Positions 40,938 through 49,980 of a DNA stretch of 64,000 bases are shown piece by piece (the stretch's first letter is position 1; each line of letters begins with the position of its first letter). Both the position numbers and the translations under genes were made by a program. The stretch is taken from assembly GCA_034669905.1 (NCBI GenBank), contig JAXMOL010000016.1, positions 32,001 to 96,000 on the forward strand, in the 5' to 3' direction. The notes below the pieces were generated by a model, which was given only the letters and a program-made list of their open reading frames with translations, was not told the origin of the DNA and searched no databases. The stretch comes from Candidatus Hydrogenedentota bacterium (GTDB lineage Bacteria > Hydrogenedentota > Hydrogenedentia > Hydrogenedentales > JAEUWI01).

Positions 40938-42173
40938 TCACTCCAACGTCACACTCGCGAAGGACACAATTCCCCCGTTGGGGTCGTGGGCGTAGTCATA
41001 GTGGTGCTGGGTACCCTGGCTCACCGTGCCGTCGAGGGTCTTTAGCGTGGCGTAAATGCAATTCAGTCCGCAGACCTTCCGCTCGTTGAAGTCCTTCATC
41101 ACCGAGGCATAGAACCCGTCAGCGTCGATTTTCCCCGCCACAATGTGGGACAGATCTTCCGTGTCCCGTCCGGCCACATCGGCCACCACTCCGTCGTCGA
41201 TGTCGAAGGGGTCCCCGAAGGTCTTCCCCACATGGGCCAGATCGGCCCCCGCAATCACCGCCGCACGGCCCCCATACTCGGCCACAATGGTCCGGCACTC
41301 TTCCAGAAACTTCGTCACCGGCTCCAACTTCGCCGGCTCTGGTCTTCCCGGCTCCATGGAAAAACAGGAGCACAGGATAGGCACAATCTTCACATCGGGC
41401 CCATAGTGGTAGGCCAGCATGACCGCCTGAAATTCAATGGAGTGCTCCGTGCGGTGTCGGCCCTCCCATTCGTAGGGCTCCCACGAACAGGCGCCTTCCA
41501 GACGGGTCAGGATATCCTGGTCCGTCTCCACCTTTCCCAGCGGCGTATCAAAATGCTTGCGCGTCAGGATAAAGGGCACCGGTGCGCCCGCGTGGGCCAC
41601 GCCGAAGACAAAGACGACCTCGGGTTTGGGTCGGGCGAAGAGCTGGCCATAGCCATGGGCATAGCCCGCCATCCCTCGGTGGAAATCGATGTGGGGCACG
41701 ATCAGTCCGGGCAAAGGCGCGTCGCCCGATACCCCATCCGGTGCCGCGCCAGGCCCCTTTTCACACGTAAAGAACGAATCGATAAAGGCCCGTAGCTGCG
41801 CCGGGTCCTCCGGGTAGGAGCGGCCCGCCAGATAGGCCGGTCGGGTCTTGGTGCTGGCAAACTGCCGGTCCACCCGCTCCTGTATCGCCTCGAACTGACG
41901 ATTCAGCAGAAACCCATTGTCATCCAGGTAATCAACGATTTCCTGAATTTGCGCTTCGGAGACTTCGCTACCAAACTGCTCCCGAAAAGAGGCCTGGATA
42001 GCCGCCATGTCCGACGTCCCATCCAGGGAGGCGGCGATAAAAAACGCCGGTGTCGTGAACATCAGCTGGGTATCCACATAACCGCTGGGGTCGTGGATCG
42101 CGATAAAGGTCTCACCCTCGTGTTCCACGGGGGCCGCATCGATATTTCGTAAGGGGGCAAAGGCGTCGCTCAT
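40938..42173 (-). CDS. MEMO1-family protein (AmmeMemoRadiSam system protein B) with N-terminal extension
   Basis: RPAYLAGRSYP, IVPHIDF, TPLG, EHSIEFQ, ADLAHVG, VCG. Confidence 0.9.
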   Translation of the reverse strand: MSDAFAPLRNIDAAPVEHEGETFIAIHDPSGYVDTQLMFTTPAFFIAASLDGTSDMAAIQASFREQFGSEVSEAQIQEIVDYLDDNGFLLNRQFEAIQERVDRQFASTKTRPAYLAGRSYPEDPAQLRAFIDSFFTCEKGPGAAPDGVSGDAPLPGLIVPHIDFHRGMAGYAHGYGQLFARPKPEVVFVFGVAHAGAPVPFILTRKHFDTPLGKVETDQDILTRLEGACSWEPYEWEGRHRTEHSIEFQAVMLAYHYGPDVKIVPILCSCFSMEPGRPEPAKLEPVTKFLEECRTIVAEYGGRAAVIAGADLAHVGKTFGDPFDIDDGVVADVAGRDTEDLSHIVAGKIDADGFYASVMKDFNERKVCGLNCIYATLKTLDGTVSQGTQHHYDYAHDPNGGIVSFASVTLE

Positions 42174-42378
42174 AGTGCCCCACTATATCGGGCTTTACGT
42201 GGGGACGCAAGGATAAAATAACTCCCCTTTCAGACGCCCCATTTCCGATGAATACATCCCCTTCCAAATCGTCTTATTCCGTGACGGGTTGGGCCATGAC
42301 ATCGGTCCCCGTTCGTGGTAGAATTAACGGCAGCGCCCCCGTTAACCGGGGTTTCGGCGCTAGAAAGACAGGTTTCCC

Positions 42379-42750
42379 ATGAAAAAATTCGCACTTTGCA
42401 CCCTATTGCTGACCGGACTCGTCCTCGCGGGCTGTAACACGACGCCCACGCAAGATGGAGCCATTCTGGGAGGCGCTCTGGGTGCCGGACTCGGTGCTGT
42501 CGTCGGCCACCAATCGGGCCACCAGGGGGAAGGCGCCCTCATCGGTGCCGGTGTCGGTGCCATTACCGGTGCCATTGTGGGCGATCAGGTGGATGAATCG
42601 CGCAACCGGACCTATCCGCAGAACCGCAACACCCACCCCCAGCCCACGGCCCAGCCGACACGCACGCAAAACGGCCATTACGACGTTCGGATTGTTCGGA
42701 CGCCTTCGGGGGAAACCTACGAAGAGAGAGTGTGGGTGCCCTATAACTAA
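42379..42750 (+). CDS. Glycine-zipper lipoprotein
   Basis: Lipobox LAGC; GAILGGALGAGLGAVVG...GALIGAGVGAITGAIVG. Confidence 0.9.
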   Translation: MKKFALCTLLLTGLVLAGCNTTPTQDGAILGGALGAGLGAVVGHQSGHQGEGALIGAGVGAITGAIVGDQVDESRNRTYPQNRNTHPQPTAQPTRTQNGHYDVRIVRTPSGETYEERVWVPYN

Positions 42751-43078
42751 GTCACCACGCAATTTCCTGTCTCAACGCCAATGGCGCACGATAGGCCTGA
42801 TCACCTTGGCCGCGTGCGCCTTTATGGCGTGGTATGGCACCCGGGACGGCTTCAACGACCAGGAAGCCCGGGCGCTGTTTATTTACTGGGGGTTCTTCGT
42901 CCTGTTCTTTTTGACGACCCTCTATATGGCCCTCCTCGACATCCGCTATATCTTCCTCGAGTTTAAACTCGGTGAGCGGGAAGTCTTCGACGACACCATC
43001 GGCAACGAAGCGTTTCGCCAGGCCATCCGCGACGCGCAGCAGGCCAATCAGGCACCCGGCGACAGGGAAGACCGCTGA
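42744..43078 (+). CDS. Small two-TM membrane protein, start uncertain
   Basis: WRTIGLITLAACAFMAWYG and FIYWGFFVLFFLTTLYMALLDIRY. First nearby in-frame ATG is at 42824. Confidence 0.65.
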
Positions 43079-43171
43079 ACTTCCTTCTCGGCTTGCGCAA
43101 CACCCCGTGTTTATGGTTTGATCAACACGATTCTTGTTAATCTACTTTTTCACCACGCGGAGAACTCGCGC

Positions 43172-44086
43172 ATGAAGTACATCGCCTCAATACTTTCTGT
43201 TGGACTACTCCTCACCGGATGTGGCTCAAGCCCAACCGTACAGACGAGCAAGGCCGTCGACGAGCAGGGCCTGGCCATTGCCGCGCTGGAAAAGAAAGAA
43301 AAGCTGAACTTCGGCGATGTCGAAGCCACGGTCAACATCGAAGTTACGGTAAAAGAAGAAGACGTGCCCCTGGGGAGCAGCGCCGATGAATTGCGCGCCC
43401 AGTACCACAAAAAGCTTACGTCGGCCAGTGCCGATATCAAGGGCCTGGCCCCCACCTCCCTCATGACCAATATCTTCCTCAAGACCAAGACGGACTTTAC
43501 CCACACCCCGGTCATCCTGCGCGGTAAAATGCTGCGCGAAATCGAAATTGGAAAACGGGAAGAAATCTATACCTTCACCACCGTGATCGATAGCCCTACC
43601 ATTGCGGGCGGCAAGGCTCCCATGCAACCGAGTAACTACGACTGGGAATTCAAAGTCGATGCCTTCCAGGGACTGTCCGCGTTGCCCGAGACCATGTTAC
43701 TCCACGTCGAAGCCGAAGCCATTCTGCTCGAGCCGGATACGGATCTCGCCTCCTTGGATATCGAGACCTTCCCCGGCAACATAGACAATTCGGGCTACTT
43801 GCTCAGCAACCCCTTGCGTATCAATTACGTGCCGTTAGTCGGCAATGCCCCCGCTGCCGAAGCACCCGCTACCGAAGCACCCGCTACCGAAACACCCGCT
43901 ACCGAAACACCCGCTACCGAAACCCCCGCTGCCGAAGCACCCGCAACCGAAGCACCCGCAACCGAAGCACCCGCAACCGAAGCACCCGCTACCGAAACAC
44001 CCGCTACCGAAACACCCGCAACGGAAGCACCCGCAACGGAAGCACCCGCAACGGAAGCACCCGCAACGGAAACGCCGGCGGCATGA
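43172..44086 (+). CDS. Lipoprotein with C-terminal (A/T)PA(T/A)E repeat tail
   Basis: Lipobox LTGC; RBS GGAG. Confidence 0.85.
   Translation: MKYIASILSVGLLLTGCGSSPTVQTSKAVDEQGLAIAALEKKEKLNFGDVEATVNIEVTVKEEDVPLGSSADELRAQYHKKLTSASADIKGLAPTSLMTNIFLKTKTDFTHTPVILRGKMLREIEIGKREEIYTFTTVIDSPTIAGGKAPMQPSNYDWEFKVDAFQGLSALPETMLLHVEAEAILLEPDTDLASLDIETFPGNIDNSGYLLSNPLRINYVPLVGNAPAAEAPATEAPATETPATETPATETPAAEAPATEAPATEAPATEAPATETPATETPATEAPATEAPATEAPATETPAA
43847..44083 (+). repeat. 15-bp coding tandem repeat (15 full units plus 1 partial)
   Basis: Variants of GCACCCGCTACCGAA encoding APATE/TPATE. Confidence 0.97.
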
Positions 44087-44886
44087 ATATCGTCTGCTTT
44101 GGGGCCCATCCCGATGATGGGGAAGTTTATGCGGGCGGCACGCTGATTAAGTGGAGTCAGGCGGGACACCGGGTCTTATTGGTTTCCATGACCAACGGGG
44201 ATATCGGCCACCACGAAATGAGTGGTGGGGAACTGGCCCGCAAACGGGCCGAAGAGGCCCGTCGCTCCGCAGCGATTGGCGGCTTCAGCGAGCGCATCCT
44301 GGACAACCACGACGGCGAGTTACTCCCCACGATGGCCCTCCGGAAAGAAGTGGTCCGCATCATCCGGGAGTGGAAAGCCGACATCGTGCTGACCCACCGT
44401 CCCTATGACTACCATCCCGACCACCGCTATGCCGCCATGGCCGTGCAAGACGCGGCCTACATGGTCATGGTGCCCAACTTCTGCGCCGACACCCCGGCCC
44501 TGTCACGAAATCCCATCTTTCTCTACATGATGGATAGCTTCACCCGGCCCTATCCCTTTCAGACCGACATCGCAGTCGATGTGGGTGCCGTGATGGAAAC
44601 CAAGTGGGCAATGCTGGATGCCATGGATTCCCAATTCTACGAGTGGCTTCCGTGGATACTGAAAAGTGAAACGCCCGTCCCCGAGGCACCCGAGGCCCGC
44701 AAGGGCTGGCTGAAGGATACATGGGACGGCTACTTCCGCTCTCACACGGCCGAAGCCCGTGAGGCCCTGATGCGCCACTATGGTGCCGAAAAAACGCCCC
44801 ACATTGATTATGTAGAGCGCTTCGAGCTTTGCGAATACGGCAGCTGCCCGCCCCTCGACGAAGTCCGCGCCCTCTTCCCCACCTGA
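44083..44886 (+). CDS. PIG-L/LmbE-family deacetylase
   Basis: GAHPDDGE, MTNGDIG, YHPDHR. Confidence 0.92.
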   Translation: MNIVCFGAHPDDGEVYAGGTLIKWSQAGHRVLLVSMTNGDIGHHEMSGGELARKRAEEARRSAAIGGFSERILDNHDGELLPTMALRKEVVRIIREWKADIVLTHRPYDYHPDHRYAAMAVQDAAYMVMVPNFCADTPALSRNPIFLYMMDSFTRPYPFQTDIAVDVGAVMETKWAMLDAMDSQFYEWLPWILKSETPVPEAPEARKGWLKDTWDGYFRSHTAEAREALMRHYGAEKTPHIDYVERFELCEYGSCPPLDEVRALFPT

Positions 44887-45009
44887 GTTAACTCGGGCGC
44901 CCCCCGATTCGTAGCTTGAATCGACGAGAAGAGGGGCTATTTCGCCAGCGACGTTCATCGGGCGTACCGGACGATTCTCGGCTGGAGGCCCGACGTCCCA
45001 GGTGACTTG

Positions 45010-45040
45010 ACCCCCCCCCAGCCCCTCCAAGGAGGGGAGC
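45010..45040. repeat. Short REP-like hairpin
   Basis: ACCCCCCCCCAGCCCCTCCAAGGAGGGGAG between convergent genes. Confidence 0.55.
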
Positions 45041-45104
45041 AATCTCTGAGATCGGCCGGAGCGCTCGCGGTAGGCTCAATGACCTGCTGCGACGAAGCAG
45101 ACCC

Positions 45105-48100
45105 CTAGTTTTCGTCGCCCAGCAGACGTCGATACACCTGCCAGGCCTGTTGGTCCTCGTCCCGCACGACCCAGCACAGATCCAGTCCCCCGGAGTCAGG
45201 TCGCCGCTGAAGGGTATGGACGGTCTCCCCGGGAAGCCCGAGAGATTCCGCGCCATTGGGTCCATCCAACCACAGGCTTCCGTCCAGCACGGTGGTCGCG
45301 TAGTCACCACCACGTTCCACCACGAGCGCGCGGGGCACGCCGATATTTTCGCCCGCCAACGCCGGTATCACCTGGGCATCATGCCCATTCAGCTGAACCC
45401 GATAGTTGGCTCCGCGGGGCAGGACCAGGCGCAGCTGCTGCGGGCCCTCCGATGCCAGCACAACCGTTCCGGGCGCTGCGGGGTAGTCGAATGCTGACAT
45501 GCGGACGGATTCTCCCCCGCTGTCACCGGTGAGCAGCAGAAGTGTCGATGTACCGTCGTCTCCAACCTGTCGACAGGCCTGGACGATCGTGTCGTCTTCC
45601 AAGGCAATAAGGCCCTCACCGTAGAGGGCGCCATCCCCATAGACGATGCGGTCCCACTGGTGGACACCGGCGGCATCGAAGCCCGCCAGATAGACAGCGG
45701 TTCCGTCCACGCCCTCGAGCGTCCCCCCAATCACCAGCGCGCCACGCTTTGTCACCGCCAACCCGGTCAGCGTCAGGGGCTGCTCCGTCTCCAGTGCAAT
45801 TGCCCAGCGCTGCATACCATCGGCATCCAGGCGCGCCAGCACCACATCCGCAGGCCCTGTCCCGTTTTTCGCCAGGTTGCCGGCCACCCAGACGTCGTCG
45901 GAATCATTGGTCGCCACGAGGTACAAGGTCGTCGCCCAGAGTTCCGGCCCGGACAAACGCCGCTTGGCCCCTGAAGCATTGAAAAGGTTTTCCTTCAGCA
46001 AGGTATCGGCAGCGATAAAGGTACGTACCGTAAGCGAAACATCCTGCGGTATCGTGTCAAAGGCAACCCCGGGATAGATGACGGTCGGGTTGGCCTCTTC
46101 GGCGCCTTCTTCGGCAAAGATGGCCGACGCCCCGAAGTCCCAGGTCTGATTGAGGATGGGGGAATCGCCGGGTGTCGACATGTTGATGAAGGAAACCGTC
46201 ACCGGATCTTCCGCATCGCCCCCCCGGGTAACCGACTGACTGAAGAGGGCCGTTGGACCCCGCTGGGCCGTAATGAAGTCTTTCTCCGTCACCGAGAAGT
46301 TGCCGCCCGCCGTGGTGATGGTCAGGCTTACGGTGTAGGTGCCCGGGTCGACAAAGACATGGACCGGATTCTGCTCCGTGCTGGTCATGCCATCACCGAA
46401 GTTCCAGTTCCACCCCGTAATCTCAAAGTTACCCGGCTCCGTGATATCGAGCAGGGAAGCCTCAAAGGGCGCCGGTCCCATGGGTTGCACATTGTCAATC
46501 GCCACCATGGGGGTAACCAGAATGAAATCGGTCTTCGCGGTAGTCGTGTCGCCCTGACTCGTGGTAACGGTCAGCGCCACCGAATATTGCCCCGGCGTGT
46601 AGTCATGGGTCGGATGCTGTTCGTCGCTCACGATACCGTCGCCAAAGTCCCACATCCACCCGGTTATTTCGAGGGCCCCCGCATCCGTCAGGTCCGTGAA
46701 GTTTACGGTCAACGTCCCGGCACCCTGCTGCACATCGGCGCTGAAGTCGACTTCGGGCCCCACCTTGATGAAGTCCGTTTCCGTCACGGTCGTATCACCC
46801 AGGGCCGTCGTCACCCGCAGTGACACCGTATAGGTGCCAATATTCTGGTAGGTGTGGCTCGGATTCTGTGCGGTGCTGTTCATTCCATCACCGAAATCCC
46901 AAAACCAGGAAAGTATATTGAGATTACCCGCATCCGTCTGGTCCGTGAAATTCACGTCCAGCGTGCCCTGGCCCGTCGTCGCACTGGCACCGATGGCTAC
47001 CACGGGGTCCACACGCACCAGCCCGCCCTTGACGGCCCGCGTCCCCCCGTTTTCGGTCGTCGTCTCGAGCGAGACGGTATAGACCCCCGGCGTGGCGTAG
47101 GTATAGACAGGGCTCTGTTCTTCGCTGGTGCCCCCGTCGCCAAAGTCCCAGGCCCAGGCCGAAATCTCGAAACTACCTGCGGCCGTCTCGTCGGTGAAGG
47201 TCACTTCCAAAGGCGGCGCACCGGTGACCGGATCCGCACTGAATGCCGTGGTGGGCGAAACGGTGATGTAGCCCGCCTCGGTCGCCACGCTGTCGCCGAG
47301 ATCCGTCGTGACGGTCAGGCGCACATCATAAACCCCCGGCTCCGTGTAGGTATGCTCCGGATTCTGCTCCGTGCTCATACCCCCGTCACCAAATTCCCAC
47401 GCCCAGGCCGTAATCTCGAAATCCCCCGTTGAAGACTGGTCCACAAACTGGACCCTGAGGGTACCTTCACCGCGGGTCTGATTGCCGGAAAAGGCAACGC
47501 CGGGCAGCACCGTAATATAATCGGTCTGCTCCAGGGTATCGGAGCCCACAGGCGTCGTCACCTTGAGAGACACGGTGTAGACCCCCGGCACATTATAGAC
47601 CCGGGTTGGATTCTGCCGGGTACTGAGTAAGCCCCCATCACCAAAATCCCAGAGTCGATTGGATATCGCCATCGAACCGGCCGAAGACTGATCCGTAAAG
47701 ACCACCGACAGGGGGGCCGCTCCCATAAGGGGCGCGCCCGAGAAAGCCGCCGTCGGTCCTTCTTCCACCACGATCAGGTTTTCCCGCAAGACCGTGTCGG
47801 AACCCACTTCGGTCTCAATGGTCAGAGAAACCGAATAGACACCGGGGGTGGCATAGACATAGGTCGGGTTTTGCTCCGTGGACATGCCGCCGTCCCCGAA
47901 ATCCCAGGCCCAGCCCGTGATGGCCGCGGTGCCCGCATCCGACGTGTCGGTAAAGGTTACGCTGAGGGGCGCCGTTCCGGGGGCGTAGTTGCTCTCGAAA
48001 TCGGCCACCGGATTGCCCGCCACGTTGATGTACTGGACCAACTCCAGGCTATCCGTGCCCACCGAAGTGGTCACCGTAAGTGACACCGTGTAGAGCCCCG

Positions 48101-48614
48101 GCGCGTCATAGACATGAACGGGATTCTGCTCGGCACTCGTGGGGCTTCGGTCCCCGAAATTCCATTGCCAGTCGATTATCTCGGAAGAACCTGGCTCCGA
48201 CAGGTCACGAAAGTTCACCGTCAACGGCGCGTTGCCCAGCACTGGTGTGGCCTCAAAGGCCGCGGTCGGTGGCTCGACCACCTCTATATAGTCGCGCCGG
48301 AGTGCCGTGTGGGTGCCCACGCTGGTCGTGACCGTCAACGAAACGGTATACGTGCCCGGCATGGTGTAAACATGACTCGGATTCCGTGAGGTGGAGCTAC
48401 TGCCGTCCCCAAAGTCCCACTGCCACTCGGCAATGTTCGCCGTACCGGCCTCAGACGCGTCCACAAAGAGCACGGTCAACGGGGCCTCCCCCGTGGTGGG
48501 TGACCCCTCAAAGGCACTCTCCGGCGACGCCAGAAAGGGATTTAACAACGGACAACCACATAGGCTGACCGCAAGCAGGCAGAGGGCCGAAAATCGAATA
48601 CTGGTGCGCGTCAT
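45105..48614 (-). CDS. PKD-repeat surface lipoprotein (about 10 PKD domains plus C-terminal propeller-like region)
   Basis: Lipobox LCGC; nine WxFGD(G) repeats plus one degenerate copy (WDFGA). Confidence 0.93.
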   Translation of the reverse strand: MTRTSIRFSALCLLAVSLCGCPLLNPFLASPESAFEGSPTTGEAPLTVLFVDASEAGTANIAEWQWDFGDGSSSTSRNPSHVYTMPGTYTVSLTVTTSVGTHTALRRDYIEVVEPPTAAFEATPVLGNAPLTVNFRDLSEPGSSEIIDWQWNFGDRSPTSAEQNPVHVYDAPGLYTVSLTVTTSVGTDSLELVQYINVAGNPVADFESNYAPGTAPLSVTFTDTSDAGTAAITGWAWDFGDGGMSTEQNPTYVYATPGVYSVSLTIETEVGSDTVLRENLIVVEEGPTAAFSGAPLMGAAPLSVVFTDQSSAGSMAISNRLWDFGDGGLLSTRQNPTRVYNVPGVYTVSLKVTTPVGSDTLEQTDYITVLPGVAFSGNQTRGEGTLRVQFVDQSSTGDFEITAWAWEFGDGGMSTEQNPEHTYTEPGVYDVRLTVTTDLGDSVATEAGYITVSPTTAFSADPVTGAPPLEVTFTDETAAGSFEISAWAWDFGDGGTSEEQSPVYTYATPGVYTVSLETTTENGGTRAVKGGLVRVDPVVAIGASATTGQGTLDVNFTDQTDAGNLNILSWFWDFGDGMNSTAQNPSHTYQNIGTYTVSLRVTTALGDTTVTETDFIKVGPEVDFSADVQQGAGTLTVNFTDLTDAGALEITGWMWDFGDGIVSDEQHPTHDYTPGQYSVALTVTTSQGDTTTAKTDFILVTPMVAIDNVQPMGPAPFEASLLDITEPGNFEITGWNWNFGDGMTSTEQNPVHVFVDPGTYTVSLTITTAGGNFSVTEKDFITAQRGPTALFSQSVTRGGDAEDPVTVSFINMSTPGDSPILNQTWDFGASAIFAEEGAEEANPTVIYPGVAFDTIPQDVSLTVRTFIAADTLLKENLFNASGAKRRLSGPELWATTLYLVATNDSDDVWVAGNLAKNGTGPADVVLARLDADGMQRWAIALETEQPLTLTGLAVTKRGALVIGGTLEGVDGTAVYLAGFDAAGVHQWDRIVYGDGALYGEGLIALEDDTIVQACRQVGDDGTSTLLLLTGDSGGESVRMSAFDYPAAPGTVVLASEGPQQLRLVLPRGANYRVQLNGHDAQVIPALAGENIGVPRALVVERGGDYATTVLDGSLWLDGPNGAESLGLPGETVHTLQRRPDSGGLDLCWVVRDEDQQAWQVYRRLLGDEN

Positions 48615-48859
48615 GGGACTCCAATTCAGTTCTTCATTGAATCTGCACGGTAGAGCATACTATAGAAAACCTGCCCAAAAGAATAAAGTTCTCCCCTCGG
48701 AGCCCCATCCGTCGGGGCGGCCATGCGAAAGGGGAATGACGGCAATTAGGACGAAAACGGATTAGGTGGTACACTGTGGGGAAGGGCGACGTGAAGCGCC
48801 TCCCTTCCCTTAGAATCTCAAAAACACCCCTCTGGGGGAAAAGGTACAAGGGAATTCTT

Positions 48860-49054
48860 ATGTCCTACAATGCACATACCGCCGATCAGTCCAATCTCGC
48901 GGACTGGTCCTTTTTTCTTCCCTGGGAAGAAGATGAAATTCTGGCCACGTATATTATTCCCCATGTCGAAACGGTGGCCCGTGCCCATCAGTGGCTCTGG
49001 CATGAGGGCCGTTGCTACTTCGGTCAGATCCCGCAGGGCGGCGACCCTAGCTGA
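48860..49054 (+). CDS. Possible small hypothetical protein (64 aa)
   Basis: ATG after AAGGGA; fills the intergenic gap; no known motif. Confidence 0.35.
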   Translation: MSYNAHTADQSNLADWSFFLPWEEDEILATYIIPHVETVARAHQWLWHEGRCYFGQIPQGGDPS

Positions 49055-49883
49055 AATGGGGCTGGTTAGGCGGTGAAGGGGGAACTCCCGCGCGCAGATT
49101 CCGCTCATAGGCCACGGAGCAATAGATCTTGTCACCCAACGCCTGGCTGAGCGGATCGGCATCTTCACTGCAAAATCCGAGATGGGAATGGCGACGCCAT
49201 CCTTCCGCATGTTCAAAGACGGTGCTCCACCGACCCACTTCCGCCGACATGGCGTCCATGGTGTCCAGATAGGAATCCAGCCCCTGGGTCTTGTCGAGCC
49301 ATTCTTTCTGACTGCGGTGACAGGCGAGGGCATCCCGCTTTTCCTGTAACACCGAGCCCACATCGACAAACTGCCCTGGTTGCACATAACGGCGCATCCC
49401 ATCGCGAAGCCCGTAGGGCAAGGCATGGTAGATGGTCACATCCTGGGTGGTGGGATTCCGTGGCGGCGTCGTGAGGAAATTGGGCATCCCTCGGACGAAG
49501 GCCCCCGAGACCGCGAGGCGGCTGGAATTCGTATGGTCTTCCATATAGTCTTCCGGCGAAGGTGCCAGGATAATCGTTGGCCGGGCCACCCGGATGATTC
49601 CGGCCGTTTTTCGCAGCAACTCGGTGCTGTACATGATTTCCAGGTCATCCCCAATGGGATCATGCAGCCGGGCACCAAGCACCCGGGCCGCATTCCGGGC
49701 TTCTTCCAGCCGGCGGGCCGCAGTGGCCTGGCGATCTTCTTCCATCGAGCCACAGCAGCCCGAGGCGAGATTGACCATATGCAACTTGTATCCGGCCTGG
49801 CCCAGTAGATAGAGGGTGCCCGCCATCATAAACTCGATATCATCCGGGTGGGCCGCAATGGCCAGGGCGACGGGTTGAGACAT
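49047..49883 (-). CDS. PIG-L/LmbE-family deacetylase
   Basis: AAHPDDIEF, DYMEDH, CHRSQ. Confidence 0.92.
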   Translation of the reverse strand: MSQPVALAIAAHPDDIEFMMAGTLYLLGQAGYKLHMVNLASGCCGSMEEDRQATAARRLEEARNAARVLGARLHDPIGDDLEIMYSTELLRKTAGIIRVARPTIILAPSPEDYMEDHTNSSRLAVSGAFVRGMPNFLTTPPRNPTTQDVTIYHALPYGLRDGMRRYVQPGQFVDVGSVLQEKRDALACHRSQKEWLDKTQGLDSYLDTMDAMSAEVGRWSTVFEHAEGWRRHSHLGFCSEDADPLSQALGDKIYCSVAYERNLRAGVPPSPPNQPHFS

Positions 49884-49980
49884 GTGAAAACTCCTGCATG
49901 CTGTGACGGGTTCTGCGCGAGGTCCCGTTCTTTGGTAGGTATACTGAGGGCTATTACCTTATAGGCCAGAACCCGGCTAA

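Noticed and set aside
43845..44117. PKHPL/PKHPQ repeat ORF and the antisense VAGAS ORF
   Set aside because: Alternative frames of the 15-bp APATE repeat.
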